Origin: Clostridiales bacterium
GTDB taxonomy: Bacteria > Bacillota > Clostridia > Saccharofermentanales > Saccharofermentanaceae
Assembly (NCBI GenBank): GCA_024691135.1
Contig: JAILNZ010000014.1
Span: forward strand, 1 to 43,910
Length of the DNA stretch: 43,910 nucleotides
Reading direction: 5' to 3'
In this document: positions 1 through 8,156 of the stretch, one piece after another
Position numbering within the stretch: position 1 is the first letter of the stretch
How the letters are laid out: the number at the start of each line of letters is the position of its first letter
Position numbers and translations under genes: made by a program
The notes under the pieces: model-generated
Told to the model about the DNA's origin: nothing
The model's database searches: none
Seen by the model: only the letters and a program-made list of their open reading frames with translations

Positions 1-2
1 TT

Positions 3-413
3 ACGGTCATAAAATACGACCTGCCGTTCTTTACGCTGACGAACATCATGGCGCTCTGGACACTCTATTTTCCGGCTCTCATATGGGAGGTATCAAGAAA
101 GATCAAGGCGCCGAAGGACGAGAACGATTACACGACATACAGCAAGCTCTTCGGCTACAAAAAAGCGACGCGCTTTGTACTCATACTTACGATCGCGGAT
201 ATCATCACGAACTTTATCCTCGTATGGAACCTGAACAAGATCTCGGTTCTGGTCCTGGCACTCCTCGTGTCCTGGATGACGTGGAAGTTCATCCGGTTCA
301 TGAAGGATCCGGAAAAGTTCACGCTCGTAAACAAGGTCGAGATCTACACTTATTTCCAGGAATCAACGATGCTCCTTACGATAGTCGCATTCCTTGTTTT
401 CGGAAAGGTATGA
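3..413 (+). CDS. UbiA prenyltransferase-like membrane protein, C-terminal part (5'-truncated by the window)
   Basis: Frame is open from nt 3 (TVIKYDLPFFTLTNIM...). Hydrophobic helices surround WEVSRKIKAPKDENDYTTYSKLFG, which resembles the second acidic loop of UbiA-family proteins. The stop lies 1 nt before the next ATG. Confidence 0.55.
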   Translation, partial: TVIKYDLPFFTLTNIMALWTLYFPALIWEVSRKIKAPKDENDYTTYSKLFGYKKATRFVLILTIADIITNFILVWNLNKISVLVLALLVSWMTWKFIRFMKDPEKFTLVNKVEIYTYFQESTMLLTIVAFLVFGKV

Positions 414-414
414 T

Positions 415-2685
415 ATGTACGGAAAAAAGATCGACAACCTGATCAGGATGAAGGAAGCCGGGATAAACGTTCCGGAATTTACGGTCATGCCTTTTGAGGA
501 GATAACCGGGGATGATATCAAGGTCAGATACCCTTCTGACGGGATGCTCTTCTCGGTCAGGAGCTCGTGTAATGTCGAGGACGGGAAGGATATGAGCTTC
601 GCGGGACAGTTTGACACATTCCTCGACGTAAAACGGGAGGATGTGCCTTCAAAGATCAGGGAGGCTCTAAGATCCGTAGACAAGGAGACAGTAAAGGCTT
701 ATTGCAGGAGCAGATCCATACCGCCCGAAAACATCCGTATGAACATCATAGTCCAGGACATGATCGAGGCAGACATATCGGGAGTGTTGTTCACGGCCAA
801 CCCGCAGGGGATATTGAACGAGAGCGTCATAACAGCGGGAAGGGGATCGGGCGAAGGCGTCGTTTCTTCAAGGACCGATACGACTTCCTACTACTATAAT
901 CTCACTGACAGGATCTATTATTTTGAAGGCGACGAGGATCTTCTGACGGAGGATCTCATTAACGGACTTCTTTCCGAAGCGGAAAAGATCAAGGGGCTTT
1001 TCGGAGAATATCTTGACATTGAGTTTTCGATAAAGGACGGCATCATATATATCCTTCAGGCAAGGGACATTACGACCTTGAAGGGAGACGATCCGCTCGT
1101 TCTTGATAACAGCAACATAGTCGAGAGCTACCCCGGAATATCGCTTCCGCTGACGACGTCGTTTGTCGATCTTGTCTATAGCGGAGTCTTTAAGGGACTT
1201 TGTTCGCGCATCATGAAGAATAAAAAGGTGCTCAAGAAACATGAGGATGTCTTCAGGAACATGACGGGGCACGTGAACGGGCGCGTCTACTACAAGATCA
1301 GCAACTGGTATACCGTCTTAAAGTTCCTGCCGATGAACAAAAAGATCATTCCGGTCTGGCAGGAGATGCTCGGCGTAAAGAATAAGAACTATAACAGCGA
1401 AGATGTGAAGATCGGACCTTTTACAAGGATCGGAACGTACTTTAATTCCGTGAAGGAACTGATCTCGGCTCCGAAAAACATGAGGAAGCTCAACAGCGAT
1501 TTCAAAAGGATCAACGATGATTTTTATGAAAGATACAATGAGGGTCTTGAACCTTTTGAACTCGTAAAGATGTTTAACGGGATCAGGGATAAGCTCTTCG
1601 GATGCTGGGACATAACGCTCGTCAATGACATGTACGCATTTATCTTTACCGCGCTCGTCAGATCGCGCCTCAAAAAGAAGTACAAAAAAGACGACAAAGA
1701 GATCAATTCCTACATAAGCGGAATATCCGACATCGAGAGCATGAAGCCCGTTATCGAGATAACGAGGATCGCGCTTCAGAAAGACGGCATGACTGAAGAG
1801 GAATACGAGAAAGAAAAGAAGTCTTACATCAGGAAGTACGGTGACCGCAATCTGGAGGAATTGAAGCTCGAGAGCAGGACGTTCAGGAGCGATCCGGAAC
1901 TCTTTGACGAGAGGATAGAAAGCTACCGTAAGGACATGGACAGGCTCAAGAAGACCTACGAAGGATTCACGAAGGAAAAGGATGAAGAGATCAAACTTGA
2001 TAAGATCACAAGATCCTTCGAGAAAAGATGCGCGGAGGGTATCTACAACAGGGAGATATCGAGGCTCAACAGGAGCAGGATCTACGGCATCGTAAGGCTC
2101 ATCATCGACACCCTGGCGGTAAGATACAAAAGCCTCGGTCTGATCGGGGAGGAAAAAGACATCTACTACCTTAAGATCGATGAGGTTTTAAAGCTCGCGG
2201 AAATGCCGCAGGACATGAAAGATGTCGTCAAAAGACGCAAGGAAAGATATGAGCTTTTCAGGAAACTTCCTTCATATTCGCGTATCATTTTCGAAAAGGA
2301 TGAGTTTGATAAAAATCATGTCTCCGTAAATTCGTTCAGAAGAAAGCTCGAAAAGGGAGAGCTTATGGGAACGCCGTGTTCTTCAGGGATCGCGGAAGGC
2401 GAGGCCCTCGTCATAAACGACATAAAGGACACTTACGACGTCAGGGGCAGGATACTCGTGACGAAGATGACGGACCCGGGGTGGGTATTCCTCCTGACGG
2501 AAGCCGCGGGAGTCATATCCGAGAAGGGGTCGCTTCTATCCCACACGGCGATCATAAGCAGGGAACTTAAGATCCCGTCGGTCGTCGGGATCAGGGATCT
2601 GACGGACACCATAAGGACCGGGGACCTGATAAGGATCAACGGTGATAACGGAAAGATAACAGTCATAAAAAGGAGTGATACATAA
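415..2685 (+). CDS. PEP/pyruvate-binding (ATP-grasp) plus phospho-His swivel domain protein, with rifampin phosphotransferase/PigC/phenylphosphate synthase-type architecture
   Basis: SVRSSCNVEDGKDMSFAGQFDT and DIEF...YILQARDIT mark PPDK_N. A long central helical domain follows, then C-terminal TDPGW...GSLLSHTAIISRELKIPSVVG with the catalytic His. ATG 415 follows GGAAAGG. Confidence 0.85.
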   Translation: MYGKKIDNLIRMKEAGINVPEFTVMPFEEITGDDIKVRYPSDGMLFSVRSSCNVEDGKDMSFAGQFDTFLDVKREDVPSKIREALRSVDKETVKAYCRSRSIPPENIRMNIIVQDMIEADISGVLFTANPQGILNESVITAGRGSGEGVVSSRTDTTSYYYNLTDRIYYFEGDEDLLTEDLINGLLSEAEKIKGLFGEYLDIEFSIKDGIIYILQARDITTLKGDDPLVLDNSNIVESYPGISLPLTTSFVDLVYSGVFKGLCSRIMKNKKVLKKHEDVFRNMTGHVNGRVYYKISNWYTVLKFLPMNKKIIPVWQEMLGVKNKNYNSEDVKIGPFTRIGTYFNSVKELISAPKNMRKLNSDFKRINDDFYERYNEGLEPFELVKMFNGIRDKLFGCWDITLVNDMYAFIFTALVRSRLKKKYKKDDKEINSYISGISDIESMKPVIEITRIALQKDGMTEEEYEKEKKSYIRKYGDRNLEELKLESRTFRSDPELFDERIESYRKDMDRLKKTYEGFTKEKDEEIKLDKITRSFEKRCAEGIYNREISRLNRSRIYGIVRLIIDTLAVRYKSLGLIGEEKDIYYLKIDEVLKLAEMPQDMKDVVKRRKERYELFRKLPSYSRIIFEKDEFDKNHVSVNSFRRKLEKGELMGTPCSSGIAEGEALVINDIKDTYDVRGRILVTKMTDPGWVFLLTEAAGVISEKGSLLSHTAIISRELKIPSVVGIRDLTDTIRTGDLIRINGDNGKITVIKRSDT

Positions 2686-2686
2686 T

Positions 2687-3751
2687 ATGCAACTGGTTGC
2701 CTTTAAAGATGAGGAGAAATATGTGAAGGAGTTCATAAGCCTTCCGCAGACGTTATACACATCGAAGGATAATATGGAAGAACCGGATACGATGAGAAAG
2801 ATCCTTCTGGGAGAACATCCCTTAAGCAGCTACTTTAAGCTCGACAGTTTTCTCGTAACGGATGACGGCGTCACGAAGGGAAGATTCTGCATCACGTCCT
2901 ATGAAGGGGACGACACTGCGTACTTCGGTTTTTTCGAGTGCGTGAACGATAAGGATGCCTCTAAGTTCCTGTTTGACAGCGCATATGACTTCTGCGCGAA
3001 AAAGGGATTTAAGAAGATGGAAGGCCCTGTCGACGCTTCGTTCTGGATCAAGTACAGGCTCAAGATAAACAGGTTCGAAGAGCCTTATACGGGCGAGCCT
3101 TATAACAAGGATTACTACTACGACATGTTTCTCGAAAACGGTTTTACGGTGAAGGATCATTACGCGTCAAATGAATTCCGGGCCGTCGACGAGAGCTACG
3201 AAAACGAGCTTTTCGAGAGCAGGTTCGAAGCATTCATAAAAAGCGGCTATGAGATCAGAAGTCCCAAGGAGGAAGAGTTTGGTGAGGCCATAGACGATGT
3301 CTACAGGCTCGTGACGGATCTGTACAGCGACTTCCCGGTATTCAAGGACGTAAAGAAAGAGGACTTCCGCGATGTGTTCATGAGCTACAAACAGATCATG
3401 AACATGAGCATGACTAAGCTTGCATATTTTAACGGAAAAGCGGTCGGTTTCTACATATCGATCCCCGATTACGGGAACCTCGTATATCACACTTCAAATC
3501 CGATCAACATCGTGAAGATCTTGAAGACAAAGAAAAAGCCGAAGCGGTACGTAATGCTCTATATGGGCGTCGATCAGGAACACAGAGGTCTCGGCAAGGC
3601 TCTTACGTATTCGATCATGAAGGAGCTCAAAAGAAGCGGCCTTCCGAGTATCGGAGCCCTGATACGCGACGGTAAGGTTAATCAGAAATATGCATCGGAA
3701 GACATCACAGGCGTCTATGAATACGTATTGATGGAAAAGGAGATCGGATAA
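2687..3751 (+). CDS. GNAT-fold N-acyltransferase, YghO / bacterial ceramide synthase-like
   Basis: Motifs YFGFFECVND, MEGP, EPYNKDYYYDMFLENGF and the C-terminal acyl-CoA-binding motif GVDQEHRGLGKAL. AGGAG RBS at 2671-2675. Confidence 0.65.
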   Translation: MQLVAFKDEEKYVKEFISLPQTLYTSKDNMEEPDTMRKILLGEHPLSSYFKLDSFLVTDDGVTKGRFCITSYEGDDTAYFGFFECVNDKDASKFLFDSAYDFCAKKGFKKMEGPVDASFWIKYRLKINRFEEPYTGEPYNKDYYYDMFLENGFTVKDHYASNEFRAVDESYENELFESRFEAFIKSGYEIRSPKEEEFGEAIDDVYRLVTDLYSDFPVFKDVKKEDFRDVFMSYKQIMNMSMTKLAYFNGKAVGFYISIPDYGNLVYHTSNPINIVKILKTKKKPKRYVMLYMGVDQEHRGLGKALTYSIMKELKRSGLPSIGALIRDGKVNQKYASEDITGVYEYVLMEKEIG

Positions 3752-3752
3752 C

Positions 3753-5213
3753 ATGAACGAACTCAACAGATTTTTAAGAGAAGACTACAAAAAATGGTAT
3801 GAAAACGAATATCTCTATGAGATGAAAGACGGCGTCTATGAGTCCGTCACGATGGGTGAATATATCGAGAAGGTAAACTACCTTGCAACGTATCTCATCA
3901 ACAAGGGATACAAGGGGAAGAACATCGGTATCTATAGTCCCAACTCGATCCCGTGGATGATATTCGATGTGGCCGTCATGAATTACGTCGGACTTAGCAT
4001 CGGCCTGTCAAAAGACTGGAACGTGGACAACCTCGATTATTCGATCGGGAAGTGCGACATAGCATGCCTTTTCTATAGTAAGACCCTCGAAGGCAAAGTC
4101 CTTGAAGCAAAGGACAAAAATAAGGACCTGAAGATCATCTGTATCGAGGAGGAATTCGAAAAGATCCTCGAGGAAGGAAAAGCGCTTTGTAAGGGAATGT
4201 TCGAACTTGAACCCAAGGACTCCGACACTCCTGCCAAGATCGTTTTCACGAGCGGATCGACGTCTTTTCCGAAGGCTGTCATGCTCTCGATCGGAAATAT
4301 CTACTCGAGCTATGAAGCACTCGGAAAAAGGATCAAAGTCGACGAGAACGATGTATGCTATCTGTTCCTTCCGCTGAACCATACATACGGCTCGATCTTT
4401 AACTTCCTGTACTCGTTCGTATTCGGTTACAAGGTCTATCTGTCGGGCGGAAATACCGCCAACATGGCAAAGGAGATGGCGATGGTCAGACCTACCGTCT
4501 TCTGCGCGGTGCCGCTCGTTTTCCTGAAGTTCCATGAAGCTGCGGTTAAGCTCAACATCCCGCTCAAGATGCTCCTCGGAGGAAGGCTCAGATACGTCTT
4601 CTGCGGCGGCTCGAATCTCGACCACAAGATCAGGCAGGCATACATCGACCAGGGTATGTATCTCATGAATGCATATGCTCTCTCGGAGACATCATCCGGA
4701 TTTGCGATCGATTACCCTGAAGTCGACGACATGGACAGCGCGGGAACCCTTCTCGAATACGTCGATGCAAAGGTCATCGATCCCGACGCTGACGGCATCG
4801 GCGAACTGGCCATAAAGGGGCCTAATGTCTTCAAGGGATATTATGCTGATGAAGAAGCGACAAAGAGAGCCTTCGACAAGGACGGATTCTTCCTTACGGG
4901 AGACCTCGGAAAGATCGTCGGAGACAAGGTCTACGTCAAGGGCAGAAAAGACACTATGATCGTTCTCATGAACGGCGAGAACGTCTCGGCAAAAAGGATC
5001 TCCGAGAAGGTAATGGAATCATCCCCTGACATCTCTTCGGTAAAGGCCTACATGCGTGACGGATACCTGACATGCGATATCTACGTGGACGGCAAGGATA
5101 AGCTCGATCAGGACTTCCAGAAGGTCATCGACAAGGTCAACATGGGCCTGTCGAAGTTTGAGAAGATACGTAAGTTCAACGTGATGGACAAGAGCGCACT
5201 GCTCAAGGGATAA
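3753..5213 (+). CDS. AMP-binding enzyme, long-chain fatty acid--CoA/ACP ligase
   Basis: Motifs IVFTSGSTSFPKAV, YALSET, TGDLG and GRKD...NGENV. Confidence 0.85.
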   Translation: MNELNRFLREDYKKWYENEYLYEMKDGVYESVTMGEYIEKVNYLATYLINKGYKGKNIGIYSPNSIPWMIFDVAVMNYVGLSIGLSKDWNVDNLDYSIGKCDIACLFYSKTLEGKVLEAKDKNKDLKIICIEEEFEKILEEGKALCKGMFELEPKDSDTPAKIVFTSGSTSFPKAVMLSIGNIYSSYEALGKRIKVDENDVCYLFLPLNHTYGSIFNFLYSFVFGYKVYLSGGNTANMAKEMAMVRPTVFCAVPLVFLKFHEAAVKLNIPLKMLLGGRLRYVFCGGSNLDHKIRQAYIDQGMYLMNAYALSETSSGFAIDYPEVDDMDSAGTLLEYVDAKVIDPDADGIGELAIKGPNVFKGYYADEEATKRAFDKDGFFLTGDLGKIVGDKVYVKGRKDTMIVLMNGENVSAKRISEKVMESSPDISSVKAYMRDGYLTCDIYVDGKDKLDQDFQKVIDKVNMGLSKFEKIRKFNVMDKSALLKG

Positions 5214-5215
5214 AG

Positions 5216-6412
5216 ATGAAAAAGATACTGTCGGCTCTCCTGATCATACCTTTCCTTCTGACCTTTTCCTGTACTGCGGAAACGGAAGAGACCACGTCGT
5301 CCTTGGCGCCGTCATCCGAAGTTTCCCTGACGGAAGAGACGGACGAGACGGTCACAACAGACCTTCCGGAACCGTCGGAAGAGATCTCCCAAGCGGAAAA
5401 GATCCTGTCGGAGATGACACTCGACGAGAAGATATATGCTCTTTTTATCGTGACACCGGAGCAGCTTCTCGAAAACAAGAAGGCGTTAACGGATGAGGAC
5501 TATGTGACAGATCCTTCACCGGAACTTCTAAAAGCCATATCTGACCGGCCAGTAACAGGCGTTGTGCTTTTCGGAGGTAACATAAAAGATCCTGATCAGC
5601 TCAAGGCCCTGACGGAAGTATTCTGTTCTTCAGGCATGATCGTATCGATCGACGAAGAAGGCGGAGACATAGTAAGGATCGCGGCAGATCCCGACTTCGA
5701 CGTCCCGTGGTTCCTGCCGGTAAATGAATCGCAAGACCCGTACAACATGTACGAACAGATCTCGGGCTATCTTAAAGAACATGGCTTCAATACGGACTTC
5801 GCGCCCGTGGCCGACATCGCGTTCGGCGGAGGCGGCGTCATAGGTTCAAGATCGTTCGGTGAAGATCCCGATAGCGTAAGCCTTGCAGTGGAGGAGTCCG
5901 TAAAGGCGTTTAACTCCTGCGGGATAATATGTGTCCTTAAGCACTTCCCGGGACACGGCAGGGCATCTTCCGACAGCCACTTCGGAACTGCCGTGCTCGA
6001 CAAGACGTTAGATCAGCTAATGAATGAGGAATTCGTTCCTTTCTCTTCGGGCATCAGTTCGGGAGCGCCAATGGTCATGGTGGGTCATATAACGGTCCCT
6101 GCTGTGACGGGAGATCTTCCTTCGACATTGTCACCATCCATGATGTCGGTACTTCGTGACGAGCTGGGTTTTGAAGGCGTCATCATAACGGATTCGTTCT
6201 GGATGGAAGCGATCACGGACAAGTACGGCGCGGGTGAAGCGTCGCTCATGGCGATCGAGGCGGGAGCCGACATCGTCCTCATGCCGGACGACCTGGATGA
6301 AGCATATAAAGCAGTCAAAGATGCCGTCGAAAACGGCAGGATCAGCGAAGAAATGATAGATCAGAAGGTCCTGAGGGTCCTTCGGATGAAGGAAACATAC
6401 GGCATCCTGTAA
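5216..6412 (+). CDS. GH3 beta-N-acetylhexosaminidase-like lipoprotein
   Basis: Lipobox-like LLTFSC, a Ser/Thr/Glu-rich linker, IDEEGG, the NagZ-type KHFPGHG-x4-DSH motif, and IITD. Confidence 0.85.
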   Translation: MKKILSALLIIPFLLTFSCTAETEETTSSLAPSSEVSLTEETDETVTTDLPEPSEEISQAEKILSEMTLDEKIYALFIVTPEQLLENKKALTDEDYVTDPSPELLKAISDRPVTGVVLFGGNIKDPDQLKALTEVFCSSGMIVSIDEEGGDIVRIAADPDFDVPWFLPVNESQDPYNMYEQISGYLKEHGFNTDFAPVADIAFGGGGVIGSRSFGEDPDSVSLAVEESVKAFNSCGIICVLKHFPGHGRASSDSHFGTAVLDKTLDQLMNEEFVPFSSGISSGAPMVMVGHITVPAVTGDLPSTLSPSMMSVLRDELGFEGVIITDSFWMEAITDKYGAGEASLMAIEAGADIVLMPDDLDEAYKAVKDAVENGRISEEMIDQKVLRVLRMKETYGIL

Positions 6413-6504
6413 AGTTCGTCCGAGCCCTGATACTGCGGTATCTTTAACAGTGTTAAACTGCCTTTTATAGTGTATAATCTTACGAGGATAAGGAAGGAAA
6501 GACC

Positions 6505-7161
6505 ATGCTTAGTAAAGAAGAGATCAGAAGACGTAACGAGCCTCCGAGGCTGACACTGCTCGAGGAGATCGGAAACGCGGTCACGCACGGGATCGGCGCC
6601 GGGCTGTCGGTCGCAGGCCTCGTCATACTTCTCGTTATCTCCGACAACGGCAGGAAGATCATGGCTGCTCTCTTTTACGGTATCTGCCTCATAATCCTGT
6701 TCCTGATGAGCTGCCTCTACCATTCCTTCAAACACGGACTGACAGTAAAGAGATTATGGAGAAGGTTCGACTACTGTTCGATCTATCTTCTGATCGGAGG
6801 AACTTTCGCCCCGTTCTGCCTCGTATACTGGGGAGACGTCAAGGGACTTGTGATGTTCTGCATCCAATGGGGTCTCATAATCCTCGGCATCACGTTCATC
6901 GGGGTATTCGGCCCCGGAAGGTTCAGGCCTCTTCATTACACCCTCTATTTCCTGATCGGCTGGAGCGGTGTCCTGTTCATTCCCGGCATGCTCAAGAACG
7001 ACCTGTGGCTGTTTCTCGTAACTCTAGCGGGAGGCCTCCTCTACACATTCGGTATGATCCCGTTCGCAAAAGATTCCAAGGGAATGCACTTCATCTGGCA
7101 CATTTTCGTCCTCTTAGGCGCAGTCGTCCACTGGTTCGGTATTCTGCTCTTCATCTACTGA
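6505..7161 (+). CDS. Hemolysin III / PAQR family membrane protein
   Basis: Motifs EEIGNAVTHG, SCLYH, RRFDYCSIYLLIGGT and HFIWHIFV; about 7 TM segments; AAGGAAGG RBS. Confidence 0.9.
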   Translation: MLSKEEIRRRNEPPRLTLLEEIGNAVTHGIGAGLSVAGLVILLVISDNGRKIMAALFYGICLIILFLMSCLYHSFKHGLTVKRLWRRFDYCSIYLLIGGTFAPFCLVYWGDVKGLVMFCIQWGLIILGITFIGVFGPGRFRPLHYTLYFLIGWSGVLFIPGMLKNDLWLFLVTLAGGLLYTFGMIPFAKDSKGMHFIWHIFVLLGAVVHWFGILLFIY

Positions 7162-7171
7162 CCATAAAAAA

Positions 7172-7198
7172 TCCGGCACTCAAAACAGAGAGCCGGAT
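7172..7198. terminator. Hairpin after the hemolysin III gene (probable intrinsic terminator)
   Basis: ATCCGGC-ACTC-AAAACA-GAGA-GCCGGAT stem with an A-run on its 5' side. Confidence 0.5.
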
Positions 7199-7283
7199 CC
7201 CATATAATTTTAGTCCGCGAAAACTCGATTTAAAGCGAAAACTGCACAAAAATGTTTGTGCAGTTTTTAACGTTTCCGGATGC

Positions 7284-7311
7284 TTGACACCTCAAGATCC
7301 GGACCTATAAT
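7284..7311 (+). promoter_or_regulatory. Sigma-A promoter of hsp20
   Basis: TTGACA (7284-7289), 16-nt spacer, TATAAT (7306-7311). Confidence 0.75.
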
Positions 7312-7392
7312 GTGGGCGAAACAAAGGAACGAAGATCAGATATAAGACCTCCGCCCCAATGCGTTATCAACTGATGATTGGAGGAATGACTT

Positions 7393-7842
7393 ATGTTGAT
7401 GAACGGCATTTTTGGAGAGAATCTGTTTGATGATTGGATGTTTGGTTTCCCGATGCACGAATTCGAGAACATTGACCGCAAGCTCTACGGCAAAAACGCA
7501 AAGCACGTTATGCAGACTGATGTCAGGGAAACTGACGACAGCTACGAGCTCGAGATCGATCTTCCGGGTTTCAAGAAAGATCAGATCGACTGCAAGCTTG
7601 ACGGCGGCTACATGACGATCAGCGCAGTCAAGGGTCACGATCAGGACAAGACCGATAAAAAAGGTCACATTATCCGCCACGAACGTTATTCCGGCGCCAT
7701 GACGAGGAGCTTCTATGTCGGTGACCAGATCAAGAACGAAGATATCAAGGCGAAGTTTGAGGACGGTGTCCTGAAACTCACGATCCCGAGAAAAGAGCCG
7801 AATGCTCTTCCTGGCACAGGCCGCATCGCCATAGAAGGCTGA
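7393..7842 (+). CDS. hsp20: Hsp20/alpha-crystallin small heat shock protein
   Basis: Motifs MQTDVRE...LEIDLPGFKK, HERYSGAMTRSF and AKFEDGVLKLTIP; GGAGG RBS. Confidence 0.95.
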   Translation: MLMNGIFGENLFDDWMFGFPMHEFENIDRKLYGKNAKHVMQTDVRETDDSYELEIDLPGFKKDQIDCKLDGGYMTISAVKGHDQDKTDKKGHIIRHERYSGAMTRSFYVGDQIKNEDIKAKFEDGVLKLTIPRKEPNALPGTGRIAIEG

Positions 7843-7889
7843 TGATCTTTCCCTGTCGGGAGCAGTTTAATATGCTTAACCGGATCGAT

Positions 7890-7932
7890 ACCGGCACAGA
7901 CACGAAATACCGTCGTTTGTGCCGATATTTTT
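7890..7932 (+). terminator. Hairpin plus T-run downstream of hsp20
   Basis: CGGCACAGAC...GTTTGTGCCG followed by ATATTTTT. Confidence 0.55.
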
Positions 7933-8008
7933 ATGCTCATGAAAGAGATACTTTTGATATCACCTTTGTCATCTGTGTTGGTAAGGTTTTGTTGTCGTTA
8001 TCGATCCC

Positions 8009-8109
8009 TCAGAATCGCCGCTCTCACAACCTGCACATAGGCGGCAGGAGCGGTTGTTTCTTCAGAATCGCCGCTCTCACAACCTGCACATAGGCGGCAG
8101 GAGCGGTTG
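8009..8109. repeat. Perfect 48-bp direct repeat, 2 copies (period 53), each internally palindromic
   Basis: TCAGAATCGCCGCTCTCACAACCTGCACATAGGCGGCAGGAGCGGTTG occurs at 8009-8056 and 8062-8109. Confidence 0.95.
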
Positions 8110-8156
8110 ATCCCTAACATCATTTATGGGAAGCAGAGGACAACAATAAGTAAGTA

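Noticed and set aside
6505-7161. PAQR protein as a ceramidase belonging to the lipid operon
   Set aside because: Tempting because PAQRs are in the CREST superfamily. However, it has its own TATAAT (6474-6479), is separated from the operon by the GH3 gene, and the family is ubiquitous.
7173-7196. CIRCE element upstream of hsp20 (GCACTC...GAGAGC)
   Set aside because: The spacer is 6 nt rather than 9 and the arms lack TTA/TAA. It is better explained as a terminator hairpin.
7842-8093. 83-aa ORF after hsp20
   Set aside because: It runs through a terminator-like hairpin and the 48-bp duplication, and has no recognisable motifs.
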